From a plasmid: a stretch of 64,000 nt of DNA. Both the position numbers and the translations under genes were made by a program. The stretch's first letter is position 1. The number at the start of each line of letters is the position of its first letter. The stretch lies in the sequence record NZ_CP120537.1. One strand, given 5' to 3'. This document shows, one piece after another, positions 8,583-17,960 of the stretch. The notes below the pieces were generated by a model. The model searched no databases, had not been told where the DNA came from, and saw only the letters and a list, made by a program, of their open reading frames with translations.

Positions 8583-10583
8583 ATGTCTACATTAGAAACT
8601 ATCATTAACCCGAAACAACGTAAAGCGAAAAAAGGCACAAAATCCGCACAAGCCGACGCAATTTATCAGGCGTTGGACAGCATGGAAGCGCATGTATTGC
8701 CGTTATCGGTATTGGTACAGAGTGAACTCAATGTCCGTAAACGCCCAGTCGATGAAAAAGCCTTGTCAGAACTGGCAGACAGTATTCAAGCGGTCGGGGT
8801 GTTACAAAACTTGGTGGTTTACCCGATGGACAATGACGTCTACGGGGTTGCAGCGGGTCAACGTCGTTTACTGGCGTTACAACAATTGGTGACAAAAGGG
8901 CATTTAGCGTCGAGTTTCCCTGTGCCTGTCAAAGTGGTTTCAGAGTCCGATGCGCTGATTATTTCCCTGACGGAGAACAGCCAACGTGAAGCCATGCATC
9001 CAGCCGACCAACTTCATGCGTTTATCGAGCTACAAAAAACAGGAAAAAATGCGTCTGAAATCGGTGACTTATTAGGGTTTAGCACTCACCACGTGAAAAA
9101 ATGTCTGCGTTTAGCAAACATGGCGCCCGAGCTATTAGCCGAATTGGATGCGGACAATATCACCCTAGACCAGCTGCAAGCGTTAGCCGGAACCCCTGAC
9201 CATGACCGCCAAGTCATGGTGTGGAACAATGCAATAGGTTGGAAAAAAGAGCCACGTTACTTACGAGAAGCGGTCGAAGAAACCAAAACCCCTGTCGAAA
9301 ATAATCGATTGGTGAAGTTTGTTGGGTTGGATGCCTACGAGCAAGCAGGGGGAACCCTTGAAATTGACCTCTTTACCGAAGCCGGATTTATTGAAAATGC
9401 CCCATTATTAGAAAAATTAGCACTCGATAAACTCACTGTCTGTGCGGAACTGTTAGCGGATATTGAGGGTTGGCAGTTCGGTATTGCACGTTTAGAGCGT
9501 CCGAGTTTTTACGGTAATGACGGGGAAACCTTGTCTATTAGTCATGCACCCGAGGCGGTCATTTCCCCTGAATTTGCGGATTTACTGGCTGAATTGCGTG
9601 CTCGTGAAACAGATTTACGTCAGCAATCATGGGAAACGAATGATGAAAATGAACAAGCTGACCTTTGCCAAGCCGTGGCAGACTGCGAAAAGCAAATCGA
9701 AGACATTAAAGATCGTACCAAAAATCAGGCGTGGACAGCCGATGGAAAAGCAACAAAAGGCGTAGTGGTCTACCTTGACCGTGATGGAGAACCCTGTGTC
9801 ATCCGTGGCGTCATTGACTTAGCACAGCAAGAGTCACAGTGCAGTGAAGTGGAAAGCGAAACTGAAAGTGTGAGTGAGCAATCAACGACTCTAGTTGAGA
9901 CGGTTTCTACCTACAGCGCAGCGTTGTGCAAAAGTTTGTCCTCAGAGCGCACCTTAGCGGTTCAAGCGGCATTAACACAGCACCCGAACGTGGCACTGGC
10001 GATTTTGGTTCATGATGCGTGCATTCAGGTGTTTGGTTCAGGGTATGCCAAAACCGCGTTTAACATTAAGTTTTCATGTACTCAGGAGGAGTTACTCAAA
10101 AATGCCCCGACCGCCCAAGACAGCGAAGCATTGCAATTAATCAATACGCAATTTGAGTCATGGTCAGCCCGTTTCCCCGAAGGGTGGCAATCCGATTTTT
10201 CATGGTTGTTGTCATGGGAGCAAGCGGATTTAGTCGCATTACTGGCATTTTGTTCCGCGCAAACCCTAAGTGAAGTGAACCATCATGCTCCGCACGATAA
10301 CACGTTAGCTAAAGCCTTGCGTCCAATTGAACAGGTGATTGCTTTTGATTTTCGCCAGTGGTGGCAGCCAACCAAAGCCAACTTCTTTGGGCGTATAAGT
10401 AAAGACCAAATCAGCGATTGTTTAGCCGAGGCTGGCGCATCAGATAAAGCCCTTGAAGCCGTCAAAATGAAAAAAGGGGATGCCGCTGAGTTAGCTGAAA
10501 ATACCCTTAAAGAGTCGCATTGGTTGCCGAGCTGTTTTCTCGATGCAAACGCTGACTCTCACCACACCGATAACGCGCAATAA
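8583..10583 (+). CDS. Large ParB-like nuclease-domain protein, 666 aa.
   Basis: N-terminal '...VYGVAAGQRRLLALQQL...' ParB/Srx motif; this size class is typical of conjugative-plasmid leading regions. Confidence 0.7.
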   Translation: MSTLETIINPKQRKAKKGTKSAQADAIYQALDSMEAHVLPLSVLVQSELNVRKRPVDEKALSELADSIQAVGVLQNLVVYPMDNDVYGVAAGQRRLLALQQLVTKGHLASSFPVPVKVVSESDALIISLTENSQREAMHPADQLHAFIELQKTGKNASEIGDLLGFSTHHVKKCLRLANMAPELLAELDADNITLDQLQALAGTPDHDRQVMVWNNAIGWKKEPRYLREAVEETKTPVENNRLVKFVGLDAYEQAGGTLEIDLFTEAGFIENAPLLEKLALDKLTVCAELLADIEGWQFGIARLERPSFYGNDGETLSISHAPEAVISPEFADLLAELRARETDLRQQSWETNDENEQADLCQAVADCEKQIEDIKDRTKNQAWTADGKATKGVVVYLDRDGEPCVIRGVIDLAQQESQCSEVESETESVSEQSTTLVETVSTYSAALCKSLSSERTLAVQAALTQHPNVALAILVHDACIQVFGSGYAKTAFNIKFSCTQEELLKNAPTAQDSEALQLINTQFESWSARFPEGWQSDFSWLLSWEQADLVALLAFCSAQTLSEVNHHAPHDNTLAKALRPIEQVIAFDFRQWWQPTKANFFGRISKDQISDCLAEAGASDKALEAVKMKKGDAAELAENTLKESHWLPSCFLDANADSHHTDNAQ

Positions 10584-10624
10584 TCAACATGGAGACACTG
10601 CCCGAAAGGGCAGTGTGAATAATC

Positions 10625-11347
10625 ATGACAACTATTCCAAACCATTTAGCCCTTGTGCCTTTTAATGACCGTCAATATGCCGCTGCAAAAGCCATCCTTT
10701 TTGTCGAAGATAAAATGCAAAAAGGGCAATACCAAAAACGATTTCCCTATGCGAGCGCGTTAATTCGCATTTTTACGGGGAATAAAGGGTCAATAACCGC
10801 AAAAGATTTGCACTATACATTGGTGTTATCTTTCGATGATAAACGTGAAATGCCGTCAAAAAATCGCTATCTTGCCGCCCTTGATACGTTTATTCAGTCT
10901 CGTGGTTATATTTGTCCGTTGCCGTTATGTGATCATCATGTGCGAGATTTTTTTCCTGAGCTGGATTACCGCGACCGTGAACGGCAGGGGCGTAAAATTC
11001 AGTCTCAAGTCCAAGTTGTGAGCCGTGCCCGACAAAAAGCCCAAATAAAAGCGCAGCAACAGTATCAAAATCGATTAGCTCAAGCTGAAATTGAGTTAGC
11101 CTTTATTACCCCCAGTGAGTTTAAATCGTGGTACAACCGGTTTAATCATGATGGGATTGAAGAGTATGATTTGATTGAATTGCTTGTAAACTGGACGACG
11201 CGATTTAACAATTTAAACTTGCGAAAATACCTTGATTTTGCCCCGTTGTGGTCGGCGCTCTTGGATTTCAATGACGATATCGATACCCGATCATACGGTG
11301 AGCAATTACTGGATAATTATGCCATTCCCAATAAATTAATCGGTTAA
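10625..11347 (+). CDS. Hypothetical leading-region protein, 240 aa.
   Basis: ORF with RBS; no recognised motif. Confidence 0.55.
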   Translation: MTTIPNHLALVPFNDRQYAAAKAILFVEDKMQKGQYQKRFPYASALIRIFTGNKGSITAKDLHYTLVLSFDDKREMPSKNRYLAALDTFIQSRGYICPLPLCDHHVRDFFPELDYRDRERQGRKIQSQVQVVSRARQKAQIKAQQQYQNRLAQAEIELAFITPSEFKSWYNRFNHDGIEEYDLIELLVNWTTRFNNLNLRKYLDFAPLWSALLDFNDDIDTRSYGEQLLDNYAIPNKLIG

Positions 11348-11351
11348 AAGG

Positions 11352-11627
11352 GTGTTGACGATGAATGAATGGAATGTGGTTTTACTCGAAACTGAAGACA
11401 GTTTGGTGCTAATGATGCGCGGTGAGCACACAAAAGAAACGGTCGTTAATTCAGCAATTGCCGCGAATGAAATTTCACAGAGTGACCGCGAAACGTGGTT
11501 AGCCTGTGAAGATATCAACGTGGGCTATTACAAGGCGGTGCCTAGAGAAGGGTATGCCACCTATTATTATCCTGTCAGTCAGGACGTTAAAGGGGCGTTT
11601 TTAGCAACCAGTCTTGTGCTATTTTAA
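11352..11627 (+). CDS. Hypothetical protein, 91 aa.
   Basis: ORF, tightly spaced after the previous gene. Confidence 0.45.
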   Translation: MLTMNEWNVVLLETEDSLVLMMRGEHTKETVVNSAIAANEISQSDRETWLACEDINVGYYKAVPREGYATYYYPVSQDVKGAFLATSLVLF

Positions 11628-11876
11628 GGTTGAGAGCCAATTAGTGAGTTGATGATGCAATTAAAAAGCAAACAAACACAATGTGTTCATTGTTATTACA
11701 ATGGCACCTTTTTATCTGCTGCATAATACTTCGGGTCAGGTGGGTGTTAATGATGCCTTTAATGGCGAGATGACGGATAACAGTACACAGTTGGATGGTA
11801 TGCGATTAACCTCCCTGAAAACTGTCTATTGTGGGGAGTGTCATCGACCTTTATGAACCGTTGAAGAACGAAAGCA

Positions 11877-11912
11877 ATAAAGGGCTGTTCGGGTAAACCC
11901 GAACAGCCCTTT
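11877..11912 (+). terminator. Stem-loop AAGGGCTGTTCGGG-TAAA-CCCGAACAGCCCTT followed by a T-rich tract.
   Basis: Perfect 14-bp stem, read directly. Confidence 0.5.
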
Positions 11913-12565
11913 ATCTCTCAAAAAACGAGGATAACCCGCTAGTCTTTGCGTTTGAGATCCGTGGGGTTTGTTAAAAAAAATGAGATTTTACTGAGGTTGC
12001 GATTGCGTATCGTTATTTTTATTTGTAAAAACAATGAGATGAAGATTTTTGACAAAAATTTAAATCAAAATTCATTTATCAAAAAAATACAATAACCCCT
12101 TATGGGTTCCTACGGCAGCTCGACTTCTTCGAGCTGTCGCCTACACTTCAACGCCATTCGTAAAACGAATGGGTTTCCGCAGAGCCGCAAGCGTCTCTGT
12201 CCTTCGGATAGCAAGCGAAACCTAACTGCACGGCATTTCGTGCTTCGCACGGCCGTTAAAGACGCCACGCGTTGCGTGTCGGCCGATTGCCTCCTCACCC
12301 GACGGTTATTTTCTTACTATCAGCCCATTCGCTAGGGCTATTGATTACGCCCTTAAGCTCAAGAACTTGCAAGGGTTCGCTTCGCCGCGTTGCGCCCCTG
12401 CAAAACCTTTCCCTTGAGGGCTTCATCGCCCTTGCCGCGACTGAACTGACAGTAAGATGAATTAACACTTTCAAAGAGAACTACGAGGCCATCGGTAAAC
12501 GTCAACACCGCCACGCCAAAACCTCCAGAAAGATGAGTTAAAAGCCAAAAACAAGGAGTATCAAC

Positions 12566-12817
12566 ATGAATTATCAAATTTTTATTGCGGAAACCCATAA
12601 GAAAAATGTGACAGGGCAAACGGATGACGTTTATCACTTCAATTCCATTGCTGAATTCTTCACTTTTCTGAAAAAAACGAAATTCGCGGAAAAAATGAAC
12701 ATGAATTACCAATATGCCTTAACCGATGGAACAAAAAACACCGATTTAACTTACCGCGAAATTGAAAGCGCCAACCACCTTAAACCGTTTAAAAAACAGG
12801 TTCGCCAATACCGTTAA
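12566..12817 (+). CDS. Hypothetical protein, 83 aa.
   Basis: ORF with RBS 'AAGGAG'. Confidence 0.45.
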   Translation: MNYQIFIAETHKKNVTGQTDDVYHFNSIAEFFTFLKKTKFAEKMNMNYQYALTDGTKNTDLTYREIESANHLKPFKKQVRQYR

Positions 12818-12913
12818 AGCGACCTATTGAATAGCGCGAAATCGTAACGCGCTATTCAATATCGAGCCAGTTCGATATTGAACCAACCACTAAATCATAA
12901 AAGGAGAAACAGT

Positions 12914-13252
12914 ATGTATCACGCATTAGAGCAGTACGAAACAGACAGTTACCAAGAAACCCAAAGCGCGGAAATGATGTATTGGATAGGACGTGAACAA
13001 GCGGCTAAAACTGCCCCGACAGAAATCACCTTAATGCAATTTATGGATGCATTATCCGTTATGCCCCCGTTGGATTGGCAAGGCAATAACAATACTGAGT
13101 CCTTTAAATTGCAAGAGATGTTTTTGGGGAACGTGACTGACATTTTTGTCAAAGTGGACGGGCGCTATTTCACGTTTAGGGATGTATCAACGTTATCTCA
13201 CGCGCAAATTATTTCGCGTGTGCGTTGTGCTGGATTACTAGCGCAACAATGA
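12914..13252 (+). CDS. Hypothetical protein; internal Met start of the 124-aa ORF-track entry 12878-13252.
   Basis: RBS 'AAGGAGAAACAGT' before ATG 12914. Confidence 0.45.
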   Translation: MYHALEQYETDSYQETQSAEMMYWIGREQAAKTAPTEITLMQFMDALSVMPPLDWQGNNNTESFKLQEMFLGNVTDIFVKVDGRYFTFRDVSTLSHAQIISRVRCAGLLAQQ

Positions 13253-13285
13253 AAAAAGCAGGCTTGCGCCTGCTTAATCCGTGCC

Positions 13286-13585
13286 TTGAGCGACTTTAGC
13301 GTAGGAACTCAAGGTATTCACCCAATCAAAGGAGTAAATCCGATGAATACAAATATCATGGCATACGCTGCCAACCCTGTAAAGCCCCAAATGCCCGTTG
13401 CGTCAAAACGTCGGGTCATGCGTCACGATATCGCGATTAGTGATATTGAGCCTACCTATCGGGCAATGGCGCGACATATCGACAAACAGCTTAAACGCAA
13501 ACAGCCCGTTCGCATCCCTGCAATGAATAACCATTGTTTGGGGCAACTCTTGCGCTGTTTGGAACTGCGTAAATCGTGGATTTAA
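13286..13585 (+). CDS. Hypothetical protein; start is more likely the internal Met at ~13343.
   Basis: ORF only. Confidence 0.4.
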   Translation: MSDFSVGTQGIHPIKGVNPMNTNIMAYAANPVKPQMPVASKRRVMRHDIAISDIEPTYRAMARHIDKQLKRKQPVRIPAMNNHCLGQLLRCLELRKSWI

Positions 13586-13629
13586 GTTAACTCACTGCCC
13601 CTTTTCAGGGGCAGTTTTGGAGCGTCGAT

Positions 13630-14436
13630 ATGTCACAATTGAGTTTTTTTGATGTAGATTTAAGCCAACCTGTAAAAACCCCCAGTCCTATCATTTCAGG
13701 CTCACCCAATAAGATAGACACAAAGACAGACAAAACAGTCGAAAAAGCAACCCTAACAACTAGCACCAAGTCAAAGCGAGATTTTCACACCGAGTTTATT
13801 CAATTGTTTAATCAAACGGCACGTTATCACAGTCGCTTAGACGTGTTTCGGGATTTTATTCATGTTGCCGCGATTTCATTAGAAAACAGCGTGAAACAGT
13901 GTCCTGAGTTGGAGCAAACTTACTTTAACGTGATTGCGCGTTATGAAAGAGCCGATTTAGATGTGTTCGCCAAATTAATGGCAATTTGTGTTAATGCCTT
14001 AGACCAGCAAGCCACCGATTTTTTAGGGGCGGTGTTTATGTCCCTTGAGTTAGGCGAAGGGGCATGGGGGCAATTTTTTACCCCATTTCATATCAGCCAG
14101 CTAATGGCAAATCTTATCATCGGTGATTGCAGCACTATAATTGAAAAAAATGGCTATATCAGCGTGTCCGAGCCAACGTGCGGGGCGGGCGGAATGGTGA
14201 TTGCCTGTGCCAATTCTGTGTTACAACAAGGTTACAACCCACAAATGCAAATGATCGCAGTGTGTACCGATATTGATGAGGTTGCCGCCCGAATGTGCTA
14301 CGTCCAATTGGCATTATTGGGAATCCCTGCCATTGTGAATATTGGTAACAGTTTAACGCTGGACGTTCGTCAAACGCTATATACCCCGATGTTAATGTTA
14401 AATTCATTTCGCTTTAAATCCTTTTTAACAGCCTAA
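13630..14436 (+). CDS. SAM-dependent DNA methyltransferase (N6-adenine type), orphan.
   Basis: Motif 'VSEPTCGAGGMVIACAN' resembles the HsdM / gamma-class FxGxG motif; no adjacent restriction gene. Confidence 0.65.
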   Translation: MSQLSFFDVDLSQPVKTPSPIISGSPNKIDTKTDKTVEKATLTTSTKSKRDFHTEFIQLFNQTARYHSRLDVFRDFIHVAAISLENSVKQCPELEQTYFNVIARYERADLDVFAKLMAICVNALDQQATDFLGAVFMSLELGEGAWGQFFTPFHISQLMANLIIGDCSTIIEKNGYISVSEPTCGAGGMVIACANSVLQQGYNPQMQMIAVCTDIDEVAARMCYVQLALLGIPAIVNIGNSLTLDVRQTLYTPMLMLNSFRFKSFLTA

Positions 14437-14546
14437 TTCACGTTATTTCAAGGGGATTTATTCCCCTTTTTTGCGCATCGGCTTAATCCTGGCATCGAGC
14501 CAGGCTCAATCCGACAACGTCAACCCCTGCGCCTTTTTACGCTGAC

Positions 14547-14946
14547 GCGTGGCGCAAAGGACAGGGATGCAAGCTCCCTGCGGGAGCTGCCCCTGATAAA
14601 CCGCTTAACGTTGTTAAGCTCAAAGGACGCCTTGCGGTTCGATTCTCTCGCCGCAAGTCGGGTTGTGTCATTTTCAGCTACTGTGTTGTTAATCTTTCGC
14701 CAAGCCCCTCCGCTCGGGCTTAAACATAGACTCAACTCGTCATCCAGCAAGCGTAAAGTGCACTCCAGCAAAATTCTTGTCGCTGCGCTTTCCAACAATT
14801 TTGCTTCCGCCCTTGCTTCCTTCCTCGTTTCGACTATGTACGGCCTTTGCAGCGAAGGAACTCAACGAAAGAAATCATTAACCCAAAGGAGACACTAAAA
14901 TGACTCAACAACAAAACCTTGCAGCTCAAGAATCTAACGAAAGAAA
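14547..14946 (+). repeat. Copy B of the ~400-bp Frpo/ssi-like direct repeat.
   Basis: Aligned by eye to 7877-8287; internal palindrome conserved. Confidence 0.6.
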
Positions 14947-15379
14947 TGGAAAAGACCAAATCGTTATCACGACAATTGAGGTGAAGAATGCTCAAGCTCG
15001 TTTAAAATTTTTACCTTCAAAATTAGGGCGGTACTGTATTGCCTTTGAAAATGCAATCTATAACTGGATGACTCGGAACGCCGTAGCCTATAACGGCGGT
15101 TATTGGGATTTTTATACGTTGTCGAATGGCGGTTTTTATCTGCAACCGACAAAAGGCTATATGCTCACTTCACCGAATGGATTTATGGACGATGTAAGTG
15201 CTCAAGAAGCAGGAATTATTGTCACTTTAATGATGTTAAGTCATTTTTCATTTGTGACCTATGAAAAAGAGCATCACGAAGATTGTGAGCGTATTTCTGC
15301 TTATTTTCATCAATTACGGGATTTTATTTTCACATTATCCCCTGAATCACAAACCAAAATATTAAACGCCATTGATTAA
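14900..15379 (+). CDS. ardB: ArdB/KlcA-family antirestriction protein (YfjX-like).
   Basis: 'AYNGGYWDFYTLSNGGFYLQP...SAQEAGIIVTLMMLSH...YFHQLRDFIFTLSPE...ILNAID' closely parallels E. coli YfjX and the KlcA family. Confidence 0.75.
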   Translation: MTQQQNLAAQESNERNGKDQIVITTIEVKNAQARLKFLPSKLGRYCIAFENAIYNWMTRNAVAYNGGYWDFYTLSNGGFYLQPTKGYMLTSPNGFMDDVSAQEAGIIVTLMMLSHFSFVTYEKEHHEDCERISAYFHQLRDFIFTLSPESQTKILNAID

Positions 15380-15449
15380 GTCTATCACGCGCAAGTCTTA
15401 GGCTTGCGCTTAATTGAACACCATCAATCAATAAATCAGAAAAAGGTAA

Positions 15450-16322
15450 ATGAATATGGAACAGCAAACATTATTATCGGTTGGTCAAGTGGTTTACACT
15501 AATTTATATAATCTCGGCAAGGGGGTTATTGTTAATATTCATGGCGAGCAAAAACCACAAAGTATAAAGAATATGTATAATGTTATGGTCACAGGGGGCA
15601 ATGCGGAATTTGATATCGTATTCTTTAATGGGAATAAATCAAATCGTTTACCGGAAAGTATTTTCCACGGCGTACAATGGAAAATTGAAAATGAAACGGT
15701 TGAACAAGAAACCATTAAATCATTAATTGAAAAAGCTGAGGCACATGAACAAGCAGAAAAAGCCGAAGAAGAACGAAAGATAAATGAATTTAAACAAGGT
15801 GTCGAATTCCAAAAAAACAACACAGAATATTCACACTTAACACAGATAACCTCTAATTCAGATAAGAAAGTCAAAATAGTCGGTAAAAATATCCGTGCTG
15901 AGTTAAAAAAACATTTTCCAAAAACAAAATTTTCAGTACGTAAACAGTATTACAGTTCTTATCATGTAAATTGGACAGATGGTCCGACAGTGGAGGAAGT
16001 CGAATCTATAATCAATAAATATGAAACATCGCGTTTTGATAGTTATACCGATTATCATTATAGTGAAACATCACCTTTTAACGTAGTTTATGGTGGTGCT
16101 GATTATGTTTTTACACATCGGGATTACAGTGATGAAATAATCGCATTGGCTATCAAATCATTGATTGATAAATATGGCGAGTCTTATGAGTTTGATACCG
16201 CGCTAATGACGGTTGAAAATTATCATCAAGGAATATTATACAAAATAGGACGAGAACAAATTATTGGGAATGATGGGATAGGTGGAGAAATTGGTCGAGT
16301 ATTAAGAAAAAACAGTTATTAA
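15450..16322 (+). CDS. Hypothetical AT-rich leading-region protein, 290 aa.
   Basis: ORF; low GC relative to neighbours. Confidence 0.55.
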   Translation: MNMEQQTLLSVGQVVYTNLYNLGKGVIVNIHGEQKPQSIKNMYNVMVTGGNAEFDIVFFNGNKSNRLPESIFHGVQWKIENETVEQETIKSLIEKAEAHEQAEKAEEERKINEFKQGVEFQKNNTEYSHLTQITSNSDKKVKIVGKNIRAELKKHFPKTKFSVRKQYYSSYHVNWTDGPTVEEVESIINKYETSRFDSYTDYHYSETSPFNVVYGGADYVFTHRDYSDEIIALAIKSLIDKYGESYEFDTALMTVENYHQGILYKIGREQIIGNDGIGGEIGRVLRKNSY

Positions 16323-16429
16323 AGAAAGCGCGCCTAAAGGCGCGTTTCTCGTTTTAATACTAAACCACATGCATTACTTAATATTAAACGTGATTATAGC
16401 GTTAAAAATAGAAAGTAAAAGGAGTAAGT

Positions 16430-16876
16430 TTAGTTATTTTTTTTAATGTTAAGATAAATGTGATAGACCTCAAGCGCATATTGATTTCTTTTTTGTTCTT
16501 GAGCCTCGGATTTTTTTAACCCTGCATTATAAGCCCCCACACCTTTCCAAATATCCCCTTGTATGCGAATAAATTTCGCGAGATAAAATGCACCCGTATA
16601 AATATTCATGCATGGGTCTTGCCTTAAATGATTTTCTGTAATGCCATACTGGGCTAATTCATTAAAATTTTGTGAATGAATTTGCATTAATCCAATCGCG
16701 TATCGTGTCGATGATGCTTGATTAATTGCATTCGGTTGGAATGAACTTTCACGAAAGGCAACCGCGCGTAATAAATCAGGGTCAATTTGATAATCTTTTC
16801 CTGCTTTATCATAGCAATCAAACGAAAATGAAAAAGGTGAGAAAATTAACGCAATGAGAATACAGATCATTCGCAT
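16430..16876 (-). CDS. Lytic transglycosylase (SLT domain), like F orf169 / R1 gene 19.
   Basis: 'AVAFRESSFQPNAINQ...AIGLMQI...' SLT catalytic region; signal peptide; adjacent to oriT. Confidence 0.8.
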   Translation of the reverse strand: MRMICILIALIFSPFSFSFDCYDKAGKDYQIDPDLLRAVAFRESSFQPNAINQASSTRYAIGLMQIHSQNFNELAQYGITENHLRQDPCMNIYTGAFYLAKFIRIQGDIWKGVGAYNAGLKKSEAQEQKRNQYALEVYHIYLNIKKNN

Positions 16877-16989
16877 ATAAACCCCATAAAATAATAAATA
16901 CGCTTAACTCAGAATCGCCCATTTTAATTAAAAAATAAAGCACCATTTAAATGCAAGCCAAAAGAAAGGAGGAGCAATAAATACGCTCC

Positions 16990-17035
16990 TCTGAAAGAAA
17001 GACATCACACCCCACGCAAAATTTCATTTTGCAAG
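16990..17035 (-). other. oriT: oriT core. On the minus strand: GCAAAAT-GAA-ATTTTGC hairpin followed by TTTTGCGTGGGGTGT|GATG, an F-like nic motif. Predicted nick between plus-strand positions ~17006/17007.
   Basis: Near-identity to the F-plasmid nic region TTTGCGTGGGGTGT|GGTG; lies between the lytic transglycosylase and traM. Confidence 0.55.
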
Positions 17036-17104
17036 AATTTATCATTAAATCAGGGTGTTAATTAAAAATAAAGCGGTGAAAATTTTAAAAATCTTAGTGT
17101 TAAG

Positions 17105-17320
17105 CCCATTACTAGCCCACCAATAGCGTCTATATGTGGGCTAAATAGATGCACTCTGTGTGTATTGCTAATAATATCAAATATATACAATTTTTCACTA
17201 AAATTAGTGGGCTAATGGTGGTCTATTGTAATATACTGTTTATATGTCATTTATTTTTCATGATTGTATTTGGTGGGCTATTTGTGGGCTGTGTGTTAAT
17301 TGACCGTAGCCCACAAATAG
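17105..17320. repeat. Array of at least 6 GTGGGCTA / TAGCCCAC motifs in direct and inverted orientation upstream of traM. Candidate TraM (sbm-like) binding sites.
   Basis: Motifs counted by eye at ~17113, 17135, 17207, 17270, 17282, 17308. Confidence 0.45.
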
Positions 17321-17349
17321 AGGCTAGTAAAAACTAAGGAAATAAAAGA

Positions 17350-17727
17350 ATGCCACGTCAACATATATATATGAAGCAAAAAACGTTAGATGGAATTCGT
17401 AATATTGTGGATAAACGAAAAAACGATGGTGCTGATGCAAACATTTCCAGTGTTGGCTCTGAATTACTGGATATTGGATTGCGCGTTGTTGAGAACTTAG
17501 AAAAAGACAAAGAAGGGGATGATGGTTTATCTTTAGAGGAGCGTTATAAAAAACAATTATTGGAAGAGGTGACTAAATCACGTCAATGTATTCAAATTTT
17601 ATTCAAAATGATGTTTGATTTAGAAGAAATAAAAAATGATAATCGATATAACTATCGAGAATATATTGAAGATTTTAAAAACAGAACTCAATCAATATTA
17701 GATGAGTATTTTCCTGATAGCAATTAA
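17350..17727 (+). CDS. traM: TraM (relaxosome accessory protein).
   Basis: 125 aa; '...IRNIVDKRKNDGADANISSVGSELLDIGLRV...' parallels the F TraM N-terminal RHH-like DNA-binding region; position is oriT-proximal. Confidence 0.8.
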   Translation: MPRQHIYMKQKTLDGIRNIVDKRKNDGADANISSVGSELLDIGLRVVENLEKDKEGDDGLSLEERYKKQLLEEVTKSRQCIQILFKMMFDLEEIKNDNRYNYREYIEDFKNRTQSILDEYFPDSN

Positions 17728-17859
17728 AAAATGGTAATGTAAGAGCGAATATAAGGATAACTTAAAATAGCTTATTTACATTACGTGAATCTAATCAAAT
17801 AGCGAGTAAAATAGGATATATTTTTATTAAAATAAAAATATATTAATTGATTTAATTAT

Positions 17860-17960
17860 TACTAACATGGTATATTTAGAATAAATAGAATCACCCAATA
17901 ATCGAGTTACAGCTCGATTATTGGGCTAATCAAATAACCCCACAGTTAAGGACGGTTAAA
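17860..17960 (-). ncRNA. finP: Candidate FinP-like antisense RNA locus in the traJ leader. Perfect 13-bp stem CCCAATAATCGAG-TTACAG-CTCGATTATTGGG at ~17894-17925.
   Basis: A strong stem-loop immediately upstream of the traJ RBS; finO is present elsewhere in the window. Confidence 0.3.

Noticed and set aside
12102-12460. Three overlapping short ORFs on both strands (12102-12335+, 12110-12298-, 12272-12460+).
   Set aside because: GC-rich hairpin-dense region with no RBS and mutually overlapping frames. More consistent with a structured noncoding element.
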